This document shows, in pieces, positions 50,152 through 63,564 of a stretch of DNA of 64,000 nucleotides. Source of the DNA: Leucoraja erinacea (Eukaryota); assembly GCF_028641065.1 (NCBI RefSeq), contig NC_073405.1, forward strand, positions 15,066,001-15,130,000. The letters are read 5' to 3'. The notes beneath the pieces were generated by a model, which did no database searches, was not told the origin of the DNA, and saw only the letters and a list, made by a program, of their open reading frames with translations. Every line of letters begins with the position of its first letter. The stretch's first letter is position 1. The translations under genes and the position numbers were made by a program.

Positions 50152-50370
50152 ATTTGTTTAAGAAAGAACTGCAGATGCTGGAAAAATCGAAGGTAGACAA
50201 AAATATTGGAGAAACTCAGTGGGTGAGGCAGCATCTATGGAGCGAAGGAATAGGTGACGTTTCGGGTCGAGCCCCTTTTTCAGACGGGTCTCGACCCGAA
50301 ACATCACCTATTCCTTCGCTCCATAGATGCTGCCTCACTCGTTGAGTTTCTCCAGCATTTTTGTCTACCT
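50152..50370. mobile_element. Fold-back Penelope-derived mini-element
   Basis: Inverted arms of about 85 bp meeting at the hammerhead-like stem (about 50255-50310). Confidence 0.8.
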
Positions 50371-53300
50371 TCCCCGTTCTTTGTATTTACCAATAGCCTC
50401 CTGATCTATCTATCCCTCTACCTTCGGATTCTGTGGATAATGTAGTCCATGATAGCCTCTTTTGCTTGCAGTTTGTAACGTTGCACCACTTATTATGTAT
50501 TACTTTGCCTTTTCCCCTTTCCAAATGCATTATCTTATATTTCACTGCTTTGAATTCCATTTCCTACTTCTGTGCCCACCAAACCAGTTCACTGTCATTT
50601 TCCAGCAACTTAGATTTTTTTCACCAACAAGTGAATCTTAGAGGGAATACTTGCCCTTCTGATCAATTAAACTTGCTTCATCTGATGTAAAGCATGTGCA
50701 TAATGAAAAAGGGTATTCATACATGGTTAGGTTTTGAAATAATTGAAGCATCAAAATCGGATAAGGAAATTGTGCAAAAGAAGCCTTTTGCAGGCGTTTC
50801 TAGTGCTTGTACTTATTTCTGGTAGAAATGCTACCCGTCGATGAAATTAAACCATTCCTACACCATCAGGTTCTGGAACCAACCAACCTCAATGTATCTC
50901 AGCAAAGGAACACTATGGACCACCTCTTGCACTACCATTGATAGTTTCCTCATTGTGTTTTGCTCTAATGTTTTGTTTTTTGCCCAGTCTTTTTCTTTTT
51001 ACTGTGTCTTATAAAATGTAATTGTAACTTATTTATAATGTATGTTTATAAGCATTATTTGAGTCGATGCGCCTGTAATGCTACTGCAAGCAAGATTTTC
51101 ATTGTACCTGACCATACTTGTGCTTATGATGATAAACACTTCTTGACTTCTTTGGATGTTGGGTGGGCTAATATGGGTTGATTGTACATAATGAATGGTA
51201 GGATGTATGGGAGTATTGTGCACAGAGGGATCTTGATGTACAAATCTACAAATACCTGAAGATGGTACCACATAGAGTCAAGATGGTGAAGAAGGCATAT
51301 GGGATACTTGTCTTCTGTAGCAGAAGCATTGAATATAAGAGAAAGGAGGTGGTTATGGTACAACCTTAGAAAATATTGGTTAGGTGGAGTACTGTGCACG
51401 GTTCTGGTCGCTACTCTTTAGGAAGGACAGAATTCTGGATGATTGTCAAATCCCATCATGGCAGCTAAGAAATTTAAATTCAATAATGAACCTAAAATTA
51501 TAAAAGAAACCTAGTAATGATAACCATTAAAGTATGGGATTGTTGTAAGAACTATGGTATTCTAATTTCCAAAAGGGATGGAAATCTGTCATCATTACTC
51601 ATTGTGGCTTGTATGTGACTCTAGACTCACCAATTTGTTGGCTCTTAACTGCCTCCTTAATTTGAAAGCAATTAAGCATTGACAATGTATGATGGACACA
51701 GGGGCAATCATATCCCATGCATAAATTAACAAAATATATACTTTGGGCATTGTTGAAGAAGACAGTGGTGCAGTCAGGAAAACGGGAAAGCAGATTCTGC
51801 CAATTAGAGAGCAGCCGTGGCAACTATTATCACAGTCACCCATTCAGTTACAGGTACACCACAACCAAAATGCTTCAAGGCTAGAATCTGAAATTTAAAA
51901 AATACTGGAAATCTTCAGCAGATTGGGTAGCATCTACGATGACGTCAACAATTCAGGGTGACGACCTTCCATCAGAGCTGGGAAAAGTAACAAAAGACTA
52001 AATTTAAAGTAGTGAAAGTAAGGGGGGGGGGGGGGGGTGGAGAAAACAAAACAATACATTTGTCCTAGTGTGGAGACCATGGGAGATTGAATGACATAAA
52101 TAATAGTAATGCCAGAAGAAAATAGACTATAAAGCGAATAAGAAATGGTGTGTGCCAAGGAGATTAATTAACTCTGAAATGACCAGAGAAGAGAACAAAA
52201 CCGAATGCTGGAAATGTAATATACAAGACTGGATTCCATATTTGTAAATGTGTTGTGTTGGAAGAGAAGGTGTTGTTCTTTGAGGTTAGGTTTGGGTTTG
52301 TTGAAATCTTGTTCGAGGCCAAAGTTAGGTGGGTGTTGGATGAAGAGTTGAAGTGACAAGACAAATGGAACCTCTGGGACCATCCTTTGCTGACCAAACG
52401 GAGGTGTTCTGGAGAGAGGTCCCTGGACATTGGAAGGGGTGGAAATATAAGGCAGGTGTGGCAACTTCTGCAATTAGATGGGAAGGTGACTATGGGAAAT
52501 CAAGTGGCTCTCGGTGGAGTTGTAAGACTGAACCAGAGTGTTTTGGAGGATATAGCCCACTTAGAACATAGAAGGGAGAGGAAAGGAGATGACAATGACC
52601 TAGCATCGCATTAATGTTACGTTTACAAATCAATAAAAGACTAGTTAGTGAAAAAAAAGTAGTTTTTTTGAGTTTAAAGAACTGCTGAGTTTCAGTTTGA
52701 GAGATGGCCGTGTATTACTATATTTGCACTGGACCCGAATTCAGACTTTATCCCGCTGAGCTGACGCTGTTGAGGAAGAAACAGGAAATATCCTGATCTT
52801 GAAAGATCGTACGCCAGTACTGGCAATTACTTATTTTTCTTTCAAATTTCAATATCCAGCTGTATATCTACCCGCGTCTATTTATTTCTTCTGGATTCCT
52901 AATTGGAAACCATGTGATGAAAGTATATGAGAATAACCGTGTGCCCTCGCTGGATCTACCCTAAGGAATGTGCATCGCAGCTAGACAGCTGCAGTTATTC
53001 TTAGACACAGCTATTTATTCTCTCTTCTCTGGCACATGAGGAACCTCCTGCAGATTCTCACCGTCCCTCACACCCGCCACCACCATAAACACAACCTCCA
53101 AATGTGCCAAAATACTCCTTCCGTTGATGGCAAAGTAAGGAGAGTGAAGTAAAAAGATCAAGTGAATACTTTGATAAAGGTCGGGTTTAAAGGGCGCAGA
53201 CTGCGGTAGGACACGCTGCAACAACAGAGGCCAGCTGGTTCTGGGGTTACCACCCGATGTCCTTCTGATCATTAGTGATTTCATTCGGTAAATACACGGT

Positions 53301-53529
53301 TGCAGAACCAAACGTTAAAGCGAATCGCTTTCAGATCTCGACCCGGCCCATGATTAAAGTAAGATACACGCCCGATCCATCGCCGAGCAGGATGAAACAC
53401 AGCAAATTCTAGAAATACGTCCGGTCTCTTGGGCTGGGAATAATGCAAGTACGAAAGAGGATTGTCCTCGTCCCTCAAATATAACCACGGCCCCCTGCCC
53501 CAATACCGCCGAGACTGAAATGCACAGAC

Positions 53530-53653
53530 CTGGTTCGTATTTCAAGTAGAGAATTGACACGATGTAATAAGCCAGGTCAAACAGCGGGAACATGGTGAGT
53601 TTAGAAAAATAAACAGCGATGTCGCTCAGATTCAGCACCGCCAGGACATCCAT
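53530..53653 (-). CDS. TMEM38A: Trimeric intracellular cation channel A, coding exon 1 (124 nt)
   Basis: MDVLAVLNLSDIAVYFSKLTMFPLFDLAYYIVSILYLKYEPG. The SILYLKYEPG motif is diagnostic of TMEM38A rather than TMEM38B. Donor CAG|GTCTGT. Confidence 0.95.
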
Positions 53654-53789
53654 TCTGAGGCTTTTGCTGCTTCTGGTTCCGGTAAATGCTTTGGCCAGGT
53701 GGCTCTAAACCTTTCCTCCGGTTCCACGTCTCTCTCTGTCTCTCCTCCACTCTCTCTCCTTCTCTGCCTCTCTTTCTGTCTATGTCTAT

Positions 53790-54100
53790 CTGTCTGCCTT
53801 TCCTCAGCTGTGGTTGACAGTGTAAATGCCCCTAACTCGGCCCCTGACTATCACAAATAAACCCTTGACGTCACCCACACAACACACAATTGCACGGCTA
53901 ACGTGTGATCAAAGCCAATCAGGGACCTATCTCTGCAGCCTACACAAAAATAAACAGCCCTAAACACAGCCCTAAAAAGGCAGGCGGGGAAACAACCCAG
54001 CGAGAGGAAAGGCTTGTCACACCCCTATCATTGGATCCTTGGAGGACCCGAGGAGTCAAGTGTCATCAGGCGAGGGCGGTGACGTCGGGATCCGGAATTA
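53790..54100 (-). promoter_or_regulatory. TMEM38A proximal promoter
   Basis: Perfect CRE TGACGTCA at 53866-53873, CCAAT box at about 53915, E-box CAGCTG at about 53805, GC-box-like motifs, and a CT-rich tract just upstream of the ATG. Confidence 0.6.
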
Positions 54101-54339
54101 AACAGAAAACAGCAGCCTGAGCGGCAAACTCCCTGGCTGCACCTTTTGAAGGTGAATCACAGAGGGAGGACAGAATGGACGAGCATTCTTCCTACGATTC
54201 ATCAACAGCACCACTTTAAACGACCTCCGCCTTCCACAAACGGATACGTTTATATCTACGGAATGTTCCCCATATTTTCTGCGTTTCCTACCCTTAAAAC
54301 AAGCATAGCTTTAATACAAACTTTTAATGTTTAAAAGGC

Positions 54340-56060
54340 TTCTTCTCCGGACTTAGTCCCTCAATGTCCAATGGCAGATGGACTATTGACTGCAACCATT
54401 ACCCACAAAACATTTGCATTAGCTGCACTGGGCCCCGGTGCGTCCCTCAGCACATACCCTTGTAGCGTGGAATGTGCCAGTTGGCAATATTCTCTTTTGG
54501 ACGTGATGATTATCAAGTTCTGTGCAGACCAATGAGCGTCCTTCATCAAGTTGATGATCTCCCAGTAGTACTTGATGTTTGTATTGGTATGTGTCCATGG
54601 GAACAGCCCATAAATCAGAGAGTTCATTGTTATATAGCTGCTTGGAATGAGCCTTGACAGTCCTCTTAGCAAAACCAGTCAACAGTCTGCGGGTAACCAT
54701 ATCTTCCCCATCACAGCCACTCCAAAGGCAGCACGTTTCAAACATACAGGATGGATCTGTGTAGGAAAGAACTGTAGATGCTGGTTTAAACCAAAAATAG
54801 GCACAAAAAACTGGAGTAACTCCACAGGACAGGTTGCATCTATGGAGAGAAGGAATGGGTGAGATTTCAGGTTGAGACCTTTCTTCTGACTGGTGCACGA
54901 GTCTGCCTGTCCCGCTGAGTTACTCCAGCTCTTTGTGTCTATACAGGAAGGATCAGGAAGGGCCACTCTCAGCACCAGCCAAGTAATGTCTTGGTGCTTG
55001 TTGAAACAAGGAACTGCCGCTGCTGCTTTACTAAAAAAGACACAAAGTGCTGGAGCAACTCAGAGGGTCAGGCAGCGTCTCTGGAGAACATGGCTAGGTG
55101 ACGTTTTGGGTCGTGACCTCTCGGGTCGAGTCAGACTGAAGAAGGGTCCCGACCTGAAACATCGCCTAGCCATGTTCTGCAATAATGCTGCCTGACCTGT
55201 TAAGTTGTTCCAGGGTACACTAAAATGCTGGAGAAACTCAGCGGGTGCAGCAGCATCTATGGAGCGAAGGAGATAGGCAACGTTTCGGGCCAAAATCCTT
55301 CTTCAGACAAGTTGTTCCAGCATTTTGTGTCTTTTCGTGATGCTTGTTCTGGCACTGAAGTATTCTGCAGATGATTTGGGCCGTCTGTTCAGGGAACCAC
55401 TCCACAGTATCTATCTTGTTCCACCGTGTCCGTTGGAAGTTGTATGCAGACTACTATCTAATGACTTATAATCCACGGTGTTTTTTTTCTGATAGAACCT
55501 TTCCATGAAGGATAGGTAGTGCAGAAATGGCCATCCGCCTTCTACATTGCACGGCAAAGGGGTTATCCTCAGCAACGAGTAGAATCTCAGCACATAGTGA
55601 CACTGGATGTTTGCAATACTCTGGTGCCATGCACCGCCTATTGTAGTCACATACAGAAATGGCCAAAGGATGAAGATGAGAAGGGTCTCGACCCAAAACA
55701 TCATCCATTCCTTCTCTCCAGAGATGCTGCCTGTCCCGCTGAGTCACTTCAGCTTTTTGTGTCTATCTTAGGGTGAAGATGTTGACTACGTTGTTGCCCT
55801 TGTTGTCCAGGGACCTGTGCATTGCAACCCCTTAGACTCATTCCATCTTGGATCCGCAGATTAACTGAAATATGGCTCAGGTAACTCCAAGGAAGAAGAA
55901 CGTGGAATGGGCCGCACGTGCTGGTGTTCTGCATGTCCCATTGGTGGGGGTGTAAAGAATGATGACCTGGATGAGATCCTGAGATTGAGAAATCCTGCGA
56001 GTGAGGGGGTGGCATTCTGGCCCGACGTTTATGAGGGGGGGTAAATGTTGGCAATGAGGT
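54340..56060 (-). mobile_element. Tx1/L1-clade LINE ORF2 3' fragment interrupted by several Penelope mini-elements
   Basis: LIYGLFP.THT...WEIIN.MKDA.WSA.NL...YVLRDA resembles fish/shark Tx1-type ORF2. Inserts at 54758-54940 (TSD ATACAGGA[T/A]GGATC), about 55010-55335 with nested 55214-55308 (TSD AAGTTGTTCCAG), and about 55675-55770. Confidence 0.7.
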
Positions 56061-56254
56061 TACAATAGTGGGACAATTGAGCCAATGGGCTCAGGTCCAG
56101 GGGTTAGGAGTCCAAGTGGGCTCTGAACCCGTGGCAGATGGATGGGAGACGACACCCGTGCGGGGCTCGCATATGACGGGCCGGGTGTGGGTGGGGGTGG
56201 ATTCAGGGTTGAGGTCGATTCCTGCACTGGGAACGGCGGGGTAATGGTGGACTG

Positions 56255-56500
56255 GGGTTACATAGATTACAAGACCTACACCAAACCCAAACCAATTAGG
56301 AGCAGACGAGGGCATTCGATCCAATTTGTGATCCCAGCTACAAAAATAGATGTATACAGCAATTTGTTCTTTCCCCGCACAATTAAAGCATGGAATAATC
56401 TCCACCCAACTATAGTTACCCAACCAGATGCAATTAAATGTAAAGTAGCTCTTTCTTCCCAATTTAAAATAGCTCTTTCTGGCTTAAGCCCTCCCTTCAC
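56255..56500 (+). mobile_element. LINE ORF2 C-terminal fragment (CR1/L2-group-like)
   Basis: RSRRGHS.QF.IP....DVY.N.FFPRTIKAWN.L is a typical non-LTR ORF2 terminus. Confidence 0.7.
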
Positions 56501-56501
56501 C

Positions 56502-57363
56502 TAGGTATGTTACAAAACGTACCTGAATCGTGGCTGAGCATCTGCCCCTCCCCTTGTGTGTGATTTTGGAGCTGTTTGGAGGGGGCGGGTTTAAAACCCG
56601 ATTTTTACTAGGCTGTTCCAATCGCAGATGTTCAGCCTAGTAAATCATTAACGGAGAATCGCTGCAAGACCCGGTCCCAAAAGCTATTATTAGTTTTATA
56701 GGCCTCGAAGAGTAGATATAATAAATTTAAAAGCTCTCGTTCAGTTCGCAAGCTCTGGCAGCCCCAGGGTTTTATAAAGCAAACAATTAAAGGTATGTAC
56801 CTTATTTTTACATTAAATGGGGCATGTATATTACCCTATAATTATAATTTTCTATAGCGAGTAGCTCATTTTGGGCTTTTTATATCCCCCAGTATTTTTC
56901 TCGGCATTTGAGGGCACTAATCCAGCGCGCTGTCAACATTCTAAACCTGCGCGTTCCACATGAACCCACTAGAAAACCGATTTAAATGGGCATTTATTTA
57001 CAGCAATTGAACACTAAATTCCTTCCATTTGGCCTATAAATTAATGTAAATTAGATATAAAAATCATGTTATATTGTGAATTATTTGTGAATAATCTTTG
57101 GACACTTAGGCTATTTAAAAATGTTAATCTTTCCTTAAGAAATGTGCTTTTGATTATCTAAGATCACAGCTTTTTTGTAATGCCCATTGAAAATCAATAG
57201 GGAACAAGATGCTAATTTCCGAGTATGAAAATGGTCATAACTTTTTTAATACTTGAGATATGAAAGTGAATTTGGTGTCAAATTAAACTTATTGTTATGC
57301 TTTATCTGATGGGATAAATTGCAGACTTGATTTTTTAAATCTCAAAATTTTGTAACATTGCTA
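56502..57363. mobile_element. Non-autonomous DNA transposon, unclassified
   Basis: Inverted ends TAGGTATGTTACAAAA / TTTTGTAACATTGCTA around an AT-rich non-coding body. Confidence 0.7.
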
Positions 57364-57599
57364 CAAAAGTTCACCACCTCCAGTTTAAATTCCATTTGGA
57401 ATATTTTGGAGGACCAAGAAGTTGGGGGGGAACCGACAGCGAGCTCAGGACGTATGAATGGTGGGGAACGGGTGGGCACGTAAATCGGGGTTTGAGGCAG
57501 CAACAAAGACCCTCCGCTATATGATCTTTGGGCAGCAGCAAAGATTATAGTATCTAGTATCTTTGAGGCAGCAGCGGCCTCGACTCCTCTGTTTGGTTG

Positions 57600-57741
57600 A
57601 CCGGAGAACGCGGTGGTGGCGCACAACCAAACCTGCTGGACCTGTGGCCTGACGTCATCCTTCTGCGACTGTGTGGCCGCGTTGTGATTGGACGGCGGCG
57701 ATGACGCCGCTGGGCTGCGCCGAGCGGTGAGGTGGACGGAG
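57600..57741 (+). promoter_or_regulatory. SMIM7 CpG-island promoter
   Basis: Perfect CRE TGACGTCA at 57650-57657, inverted CCAAT (GATTGG) at about 57686, and CpG-dense sequence continuing into intron 1. Confidence 0.65.
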
Positions 57742-57767
57742 ATGATCGGAGACTTTCTGCTGTTCGG
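57742..57767 (+). CDS. SMIM7: Small integral membrane protein 7, coding exon 1 (26 nt)
   Basis: ATG ATC GGA GAC TTT CTG CTG TTC GG|GTAAAG gives MIGDFLLFG (human MIGDILLFG). Head-to-head with TMEM38A as in human. Confidence 0.92.
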
Positions 57768-60388
57768 GTAAAGGCCGTCGATTGGGGAGCGGGTCCCCGG
57801 CGGGAGGGGGCAGCGCCGGCCCCCAGGGGGGACTCGCCTGACGTTGGGCTGTGAGGGACCCGGCCTGACGCTGGGTTGCGCCTGGAGGCGGGGGTTGGCG
57901 GTGATGGAGCGGGCGGCGGTTGTTGTGGGTGCGAGGGAGGGAGGGGCAGGGATTCAGGTCGGGTTGTTGGTGGTCACTGAACTCCTGTGGCGGGTACCAG
58001 GGGTACCCGGGAATAATTTAAACAAATGTAGGCAGTCCTTCTGTTACCCACGTAATCGTCCCATTTGAGCATTTTTTTAAATTACTGACACTTTTCAGAT
58101 ACGCCCGTGAATTTTGTGCTGACTGCACTTATCTGCCGCGCCTCGGGCAGAGAATTTCAGATGTTTATACTGTGACTCCTGGTTGCAGAACTCTGGCCTG
58201 GGAAATATCAATCCCACAAGACACGGTCTAGCTGAAGAGTCTTAATCCAAAAAGTCAACTGTCTATTTCCTCCACGGCTGCTGCCTTGCCCTCTGAGTTC
58301 GTCCAGCAGTTTGTTTTTAACACTTGCATTTATCTTCGCAGATCTGAAATAGTTTAGACATTTTAAAGGAATCACCTCATTCATTTGAACTGTACAGAGT
58401 ATTACCCCAGTCTCTTTTCACACACCAATCCAACCATAGCAAGAATCAAACTGGCGTTACTCGCTCTCACAATGTGTTCTTCATTTAGTTGGGAATATTC
58501 GTAATATTATGTATCCAGGGCCTTACATAGTTGGTGCAGGACATCTCTATTCTTACACTCAAATCTTTTGCAGTAAGAATTAAATTACATTTTGCCTTCC
58601 TAAATTCTTGCTGCTACAAGTACATTATTTCTACACACTTGCTGCTACATTATTAACCTAGTGATATCAAAGAATGAGTAAAGTGGAGGGGAGAAATAGT
58701 GAGAGTCCAGGTAGGGCACAGGGGAGTGAAGGGAATGGGGAAAAGAGGAGGTGGGGGGGGGGGGGGGGGGAAGGTTTGTGGGGAAGAAAGGGATTGGGAC
58801 AGGAGGTTGATGAGAGGTTACCTAAAATTGGAGAATTCAGTGTTCATACCATTGGGTTATAATCTGCCCAACCCAAATATGTATTGAGGTCAGAATGGGA
58901 AGGGAAGTTAAAATGGTTAGCAACCGGGAGATCCAGTGGGCCTTTACAGACCAAGTGCAAGTGATCAGCAAAACAGTTGCTTGGTGTTGCTGATGTACAG
59001 GAGTCCACATTGGGAACACCAGATGCAGTAGATAAGGTTAGAGGAGGTGGTCCTTGTTTGTCTTTTTACCAGCGGCATATCTAGAGGAAAACACTCGCCT
59101 CCAGTCAAAGCTCCTGAGACGTTGTAACAATCATTAAATGTTTCTGACATTCAAACATTTAAAATATATTGAATGCTGCAAATTAAAAGAAAATAATTAA
59201 AACATAGCTATATGCTTCCTAAAGTTAACAAAATGTGAAGTTAGTATAATAAAGTAATTTAGTCTACTTGCTAAATTAATCAATAGGGCTAAATCCTCTT
59301 TAAACGATGAGACCTCTATTTATTTGCCTGGTTTGGTTGTCATTGTATTGGAGAGGTGGATTATTTTATGTAATGATGGAGAATTGTGCCATGATTGGTC
59401 TCTGCTGTTGGACTCCATGTGGATTCCACTGATGAAGCAGAAAGAAGGGCGTCCGTCCACATACATGTATCAGAGGTGCTGCAGGTCTGCGTGGCTCTTA
59501 ATGACCCAGGAGCCACTGAATACCGGTCAATCAAAGTAGAGCCATTGGTCACAGCCAGATTGACATGGCCCTGGATCAGCCATTGAATGCATGGGTTCCA
59601 GAAGTCTAAATAAGACTGATTGTTTGATGTATGCAGCCTTTGCCATGAACAATGCAGTTATTTGTACTTGAGTCAGGAGCAGTTTTGCACAGAGAATGTA
59701 GTCTTGATTTACACTGGTGCAGAATGGAAGTAGGTCGTGTGGAGCATGGCTGTACCATGAAGCTGAGGCTAATTGTTAAAGGCTCCATTATACAGAGGAG
59801 TCAAAGAGGTTTAATTTGTGAAATCAATTGCTCAACAGAAATTCCACCAAAACATTGATTACGTGATGTGTACAATTGGCTGCTGTACTTCCTATGATTG
59901 AATATGAACTAACCTTCAACATACTTCATTGGTTGCAAAGAATGTCAGGTGTTCCAAAGTGTAACACTGTATAAGTACAAGTTAATAGAATTTAGATTTT
60001 CATAAAAAAATATTTTCTTGAAAATTATGTTCTATTCTTTGAAATAAAAACGAAGTGTGTAATGTTTAACTTGAAAGAGTGCATTTGAAACAAACCTTTA
60101 ATTTGAGTTGGAGTTAAACCTTCATGTTATCATTGTTGTTGTATGGTACTCTGTGCAGAAAGGCGACCAATATGGCCACATTTCTACATATTTCAGGATT
60201 ACCTTTTTAAAAATGTAATTGAAATAGGAAGCATCCATCAGAAGGGAGTCTCTTCTCCAGATATGCAAAGGTTTTAGTCAGAAGAAATTAACTAAACACA
60301 TGTACTTGGGTAAAAACAAATAAATGTGGCCCAACTAAAAAACCACAGTGGGTGAAGGGAAAGAGCAGGGATGGAAAATTATAGAATA

Positions 60389-60745
60389 CTAGATGACCCG
60401 TTGGATCCCAGTTGTGACACCAGAGATCCCCGTTGTGACGCCAGTCAAAATGCCGATCTCAAAATGGCTGGTGGCCCGGCCCCTCCCCCAACTGCGAAGG
60501 CACAACTAATGGGCCTGGCAAGTGGGAGCGCAGTGCCGCTCAAGGTATAAAGTATATGAAAGTTTATAAAAGGAAATACTTTGTAAAAATTTTACTTTGT
60601 AAAATTGAACAAAACTTACCAGGCGAATGATGAGTAAGGCGCCCCTAAAATTGTGGCGCTATCATGTACCGTTTTGGCTGTATTTCAGGAACATACATAC
60701 ATACATACAAGATGAAACTTTATGATATATATATATATGGAGAGA
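60389..60745 (-). mobile_element. Non-autonomous Helitron
   Basis: Minus strand begins A|TC followed by (TA)n and (TATG)n, and ends with a short hairpin (GATCC-AAC-GGGTC) then CTAG|T. No TSD. Confidence 0.7.
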
Positions 60746-60788
60746 TAAATTATGCTTTTGTGTTTTCACCTAATTCAATCTCTTGCAG

Positions 60789-60830
60789 CACCTTGCTGAT
60801 GAATGCAGGAGCTGTGCTGAACTTCAAACT
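60789..60830 (+). CDS. SMIM7: SMIM7 coding exon 2 (42 nt); the rest of the gene is probably right of the window
   Basis: TTGCAG|C ACC TTG CTG ATG AAT GCA GGA GCT GTG CTG AAC TTC AAA CT|GTGAGT gives TLLMNAGAVLNFKL, matching human SMIM7. Confidence 0.93.
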
Positions 60831-61314
60831 GTGAGTATGTCCCTGGGGAGGGATGAATCCAGGCTTTTGTGGCTGTAATTCATGTCGTCATTCCACTTAA
60901 AGTTCTTTGATAGTTTCTCAATCTGTCTGTTTGAACAATTTATAAAAATGCTCTATTGATTTTGTTGGTGAGGGGGGTGGGGTGATGGGGAGAATGGGAA
61001 TGTGGGGTATTGTGAGAAGTGCTTTAAAGAGACACAATAAAATACCTTCCAGTTGAATTTGGTACTGCAAGTCCACGTGATGTAAAAATGTGTGCTTGAA
61101 GTATCATCCCATATCACTCATGAGCACTTCAGAGCAACAGTCCAGGCATTGAGTATATCGATAGGACCGTAGAGTATAAGAGTCAGGAAATCAAATTGAG
61201 ACTATAAAGTTTAGGTGAAGCTGCATTTGGAGAAATATGACCCAAACAGTTGTCTCATTACAGGAAGGATGGCTTTGGAGAGGCTGTCTGGATTAGAGGG
61301 TATCACGAAAAAAA

Positions 61315-62535
61315 GAGGGTAGACACAAAATGCTGAAGTAACTCAGCAAGACAGGCAGCATCTCTGGAGAGAAGGAATGGATGACGCTTCGGGTCAAGAC
61401 CCTTCTTCAGACTGATGTCAGGGGAGTGGGCAGGACAAAGATAGAATGTAGTCAGAGACTGTAAGACTGGTGGGAGAACTGGAAATGGGAAGGGGATGGA
61501 GAGAGAGGGAAAGCAAGCGCTCTTTGCAGTTAGAGAACTCAATGTTCATACCGCTGGGGTGTAAGCTACTCAAGCAAAATATGAGGTGCTGTTCCTCCAA
61601 TTTGCTCTGGGCCTCACTCTGACAATGGAGGAGGCCCAGACAGAAAGGTCAGATTGGGAATGGGAGGGGGAGTTAAACTGATGAGCAACTGGGAGATCAG
61701 GTAGGTTAAGGCGGACTGAGCGGAGGTGTTCAGCGAAACGATCGCCAAGCCTGTGCTTGGTCTCGCCGATGTTCAGAAGTTGACACCTGGAGCAGTGGAT
61801 ACAGTAGATGAGGTTGGAGGAGGTGCAAGTGAACCACTGCCTCACCTGAAAAGACTGTCGGTGTCCTTGGATAAAGTTGAGGTGGGAGGTAAAGTGTTGC
61901 ATCTCCTGCGGTTGCAGGGGAATGAACCTGGGGAGGGGGTGTTTTGAGTGGGAGGGGACCAGTTGACCAGGGAGTTGTGGAGGGAATGGTCTCTGCAGAA
62001 AGCAGAAAGGGATGGAGATGGGAAGATGTGGCCAATAGTGGGATCCCATTGTAGGTGGCAAAAGTGTTGGAGGATTATATGCTGTATGCGACGGCTGATG
62101 GGATGGAAGGGGAGGACAAGGGGGGATTCTGGCATTGTTGCAATGGGTGGAAGGGGAGCTGCAGGATATTGAGGAGAACCTAGTGAGAATCTAATTTATA
62201 ATGGATGATTATTATAAGGGAACCCTTTTTTCTAAAGAATGAGGACATCTCTGAATATTTAGTATGGGGAAAACCTCATCCTGGGTGTAGATGCGGTCTT
62301 GACGGAGGAAATGGGAGTAGGGGATAGTCTTTACAGGAAGCAGTGTGGGAAGAAGTGTAGTCTAGATGGCTATGGGAGTCAGTAGGTTTGTAGTAGATGA
62401 CGGTAAATAGTCTGTCTCCTGTGATGAAGACGGTGAGACCACGAAACGGTAGGGAGATGTCGGAGATGGTCCAAGTGAATATGAGTGGAGGATGGAAATT
62501 AGTCGTGAAGTTGAAGAAGTCATTGAGTTTTGCAG
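61315..62535 (-). mobile_element. Penelope-like element (RT end, GIY-YIG endonuclease and terminal repeat), decayed
   Basis: NFHP.L.FTWTISD.SLPF...YYKPTDSH and FTCTSSNLIYCIHCSRC..L.IGETKHRLGDRFAEH. Older similar fragments lie at about 52200-52550 and 58800-59050. Confidence 0.9.
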
Positions 62536-63391
62536 AACTAGGAAATGTGCAGGTCAAGTGCCAGATGAGTTCAATCTTCCTTGAACCTTTAATCCTCGTA
62601 ACCTCGCATGCCTGCGACACCTGCCACTTGTACTCGAGGAGAACAGGTGGTCTCCACCAGCAAACAGCAGGAGCGATGCAAAAATAACTTGTGCTTCACG
62701 CCAGAAGCAGTCACCCCATCCCACTTCATTCTTACAGCCCCTGCCTGCTTAAAGCCATGTGCAGCTGACACTGTCAAAGGTACACAATGAATTCCCCTTT
62801 AAATAGCAACGGCTCTTCATAGAACGCTGTGAAAAGTAGTTTGTGAAGTGTCCAGCTGTTAATGGGCAGCAAAGTTCACAATGTGTGCCTTGTTGCAGAA
62901 GGGGTGAGTTAGTTTTAATTTAAAGTATTATCCATATCTAGTTTAGAGTCACATCCTTGTAGCTTTAAACTAGAATGGTTACAATTGAGATGGTAAACAA
63001 GTCGCTTTCGGAGAGGCCCACATTGTAATTGCAACTGAGAAGTTCATTACTATGTAAGTTTACCAACTATTCAGTTGACATCGTCAATTTGTTTAAAACT
63101 CGAAATATAAGGCTCTTTCAGCGGAGAGGTCCTTGGAGTTTGGGCTATGCAGTGTAATAGGGCTTCAGTATGTGGGGAAAACAGCAGGAGCATCTCAACA
63201 CCAGCATTGGTTTAAAAGGGCATTGTCAATGCAAGTTGAGTAGCTGATAGGCAAACAGCAAGTTCGTTTTTTTGTTGCTAAATGCCTACGTTAAAAGCTA
63301 TCAGAAAAGGTGGAAGTGACTTGGACAGATTGCTAGAAGTTGGGGAAAAGAAGCCAGCTGTTTGCTGTGTATCTAACAAGTGGTTAAGGTA

Positions 63392-63564
63392 TAGGAAAGA
63401 ACTTCAAATGCTGGTTTAAATCGAAGGTAGACACAAAATGTTGGAGTAACTCAGCGGAACAGGCAACATCTCTGGAGGGAAGGAATGGGTGACATTTCGA
63501 GTCAAGACCCACTCCAGAGATGCTGCCTGTCCTGCTGAGTAACTCCAGCATTTTGTGTCTACCT
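63392..63564. mobile_element. Fold-back Penelope-derived mini-element with 14-bp TSD
   Basis: Inverted arms flanked by AAGTGGTTAAGGTA at 63378-63391 and 63565-63578. Confidence 0.85.

Noticed and set aside
25981-53653. Calling the channel TMEM38B because its neighbour is ZNF462-like
   Set aside because: Diagnostic residues (SILYLKYEPG, WKPETNE, AK.KEEL.EG.RKKK.KK) and linkage to SMIM7 identify TMEM38A.
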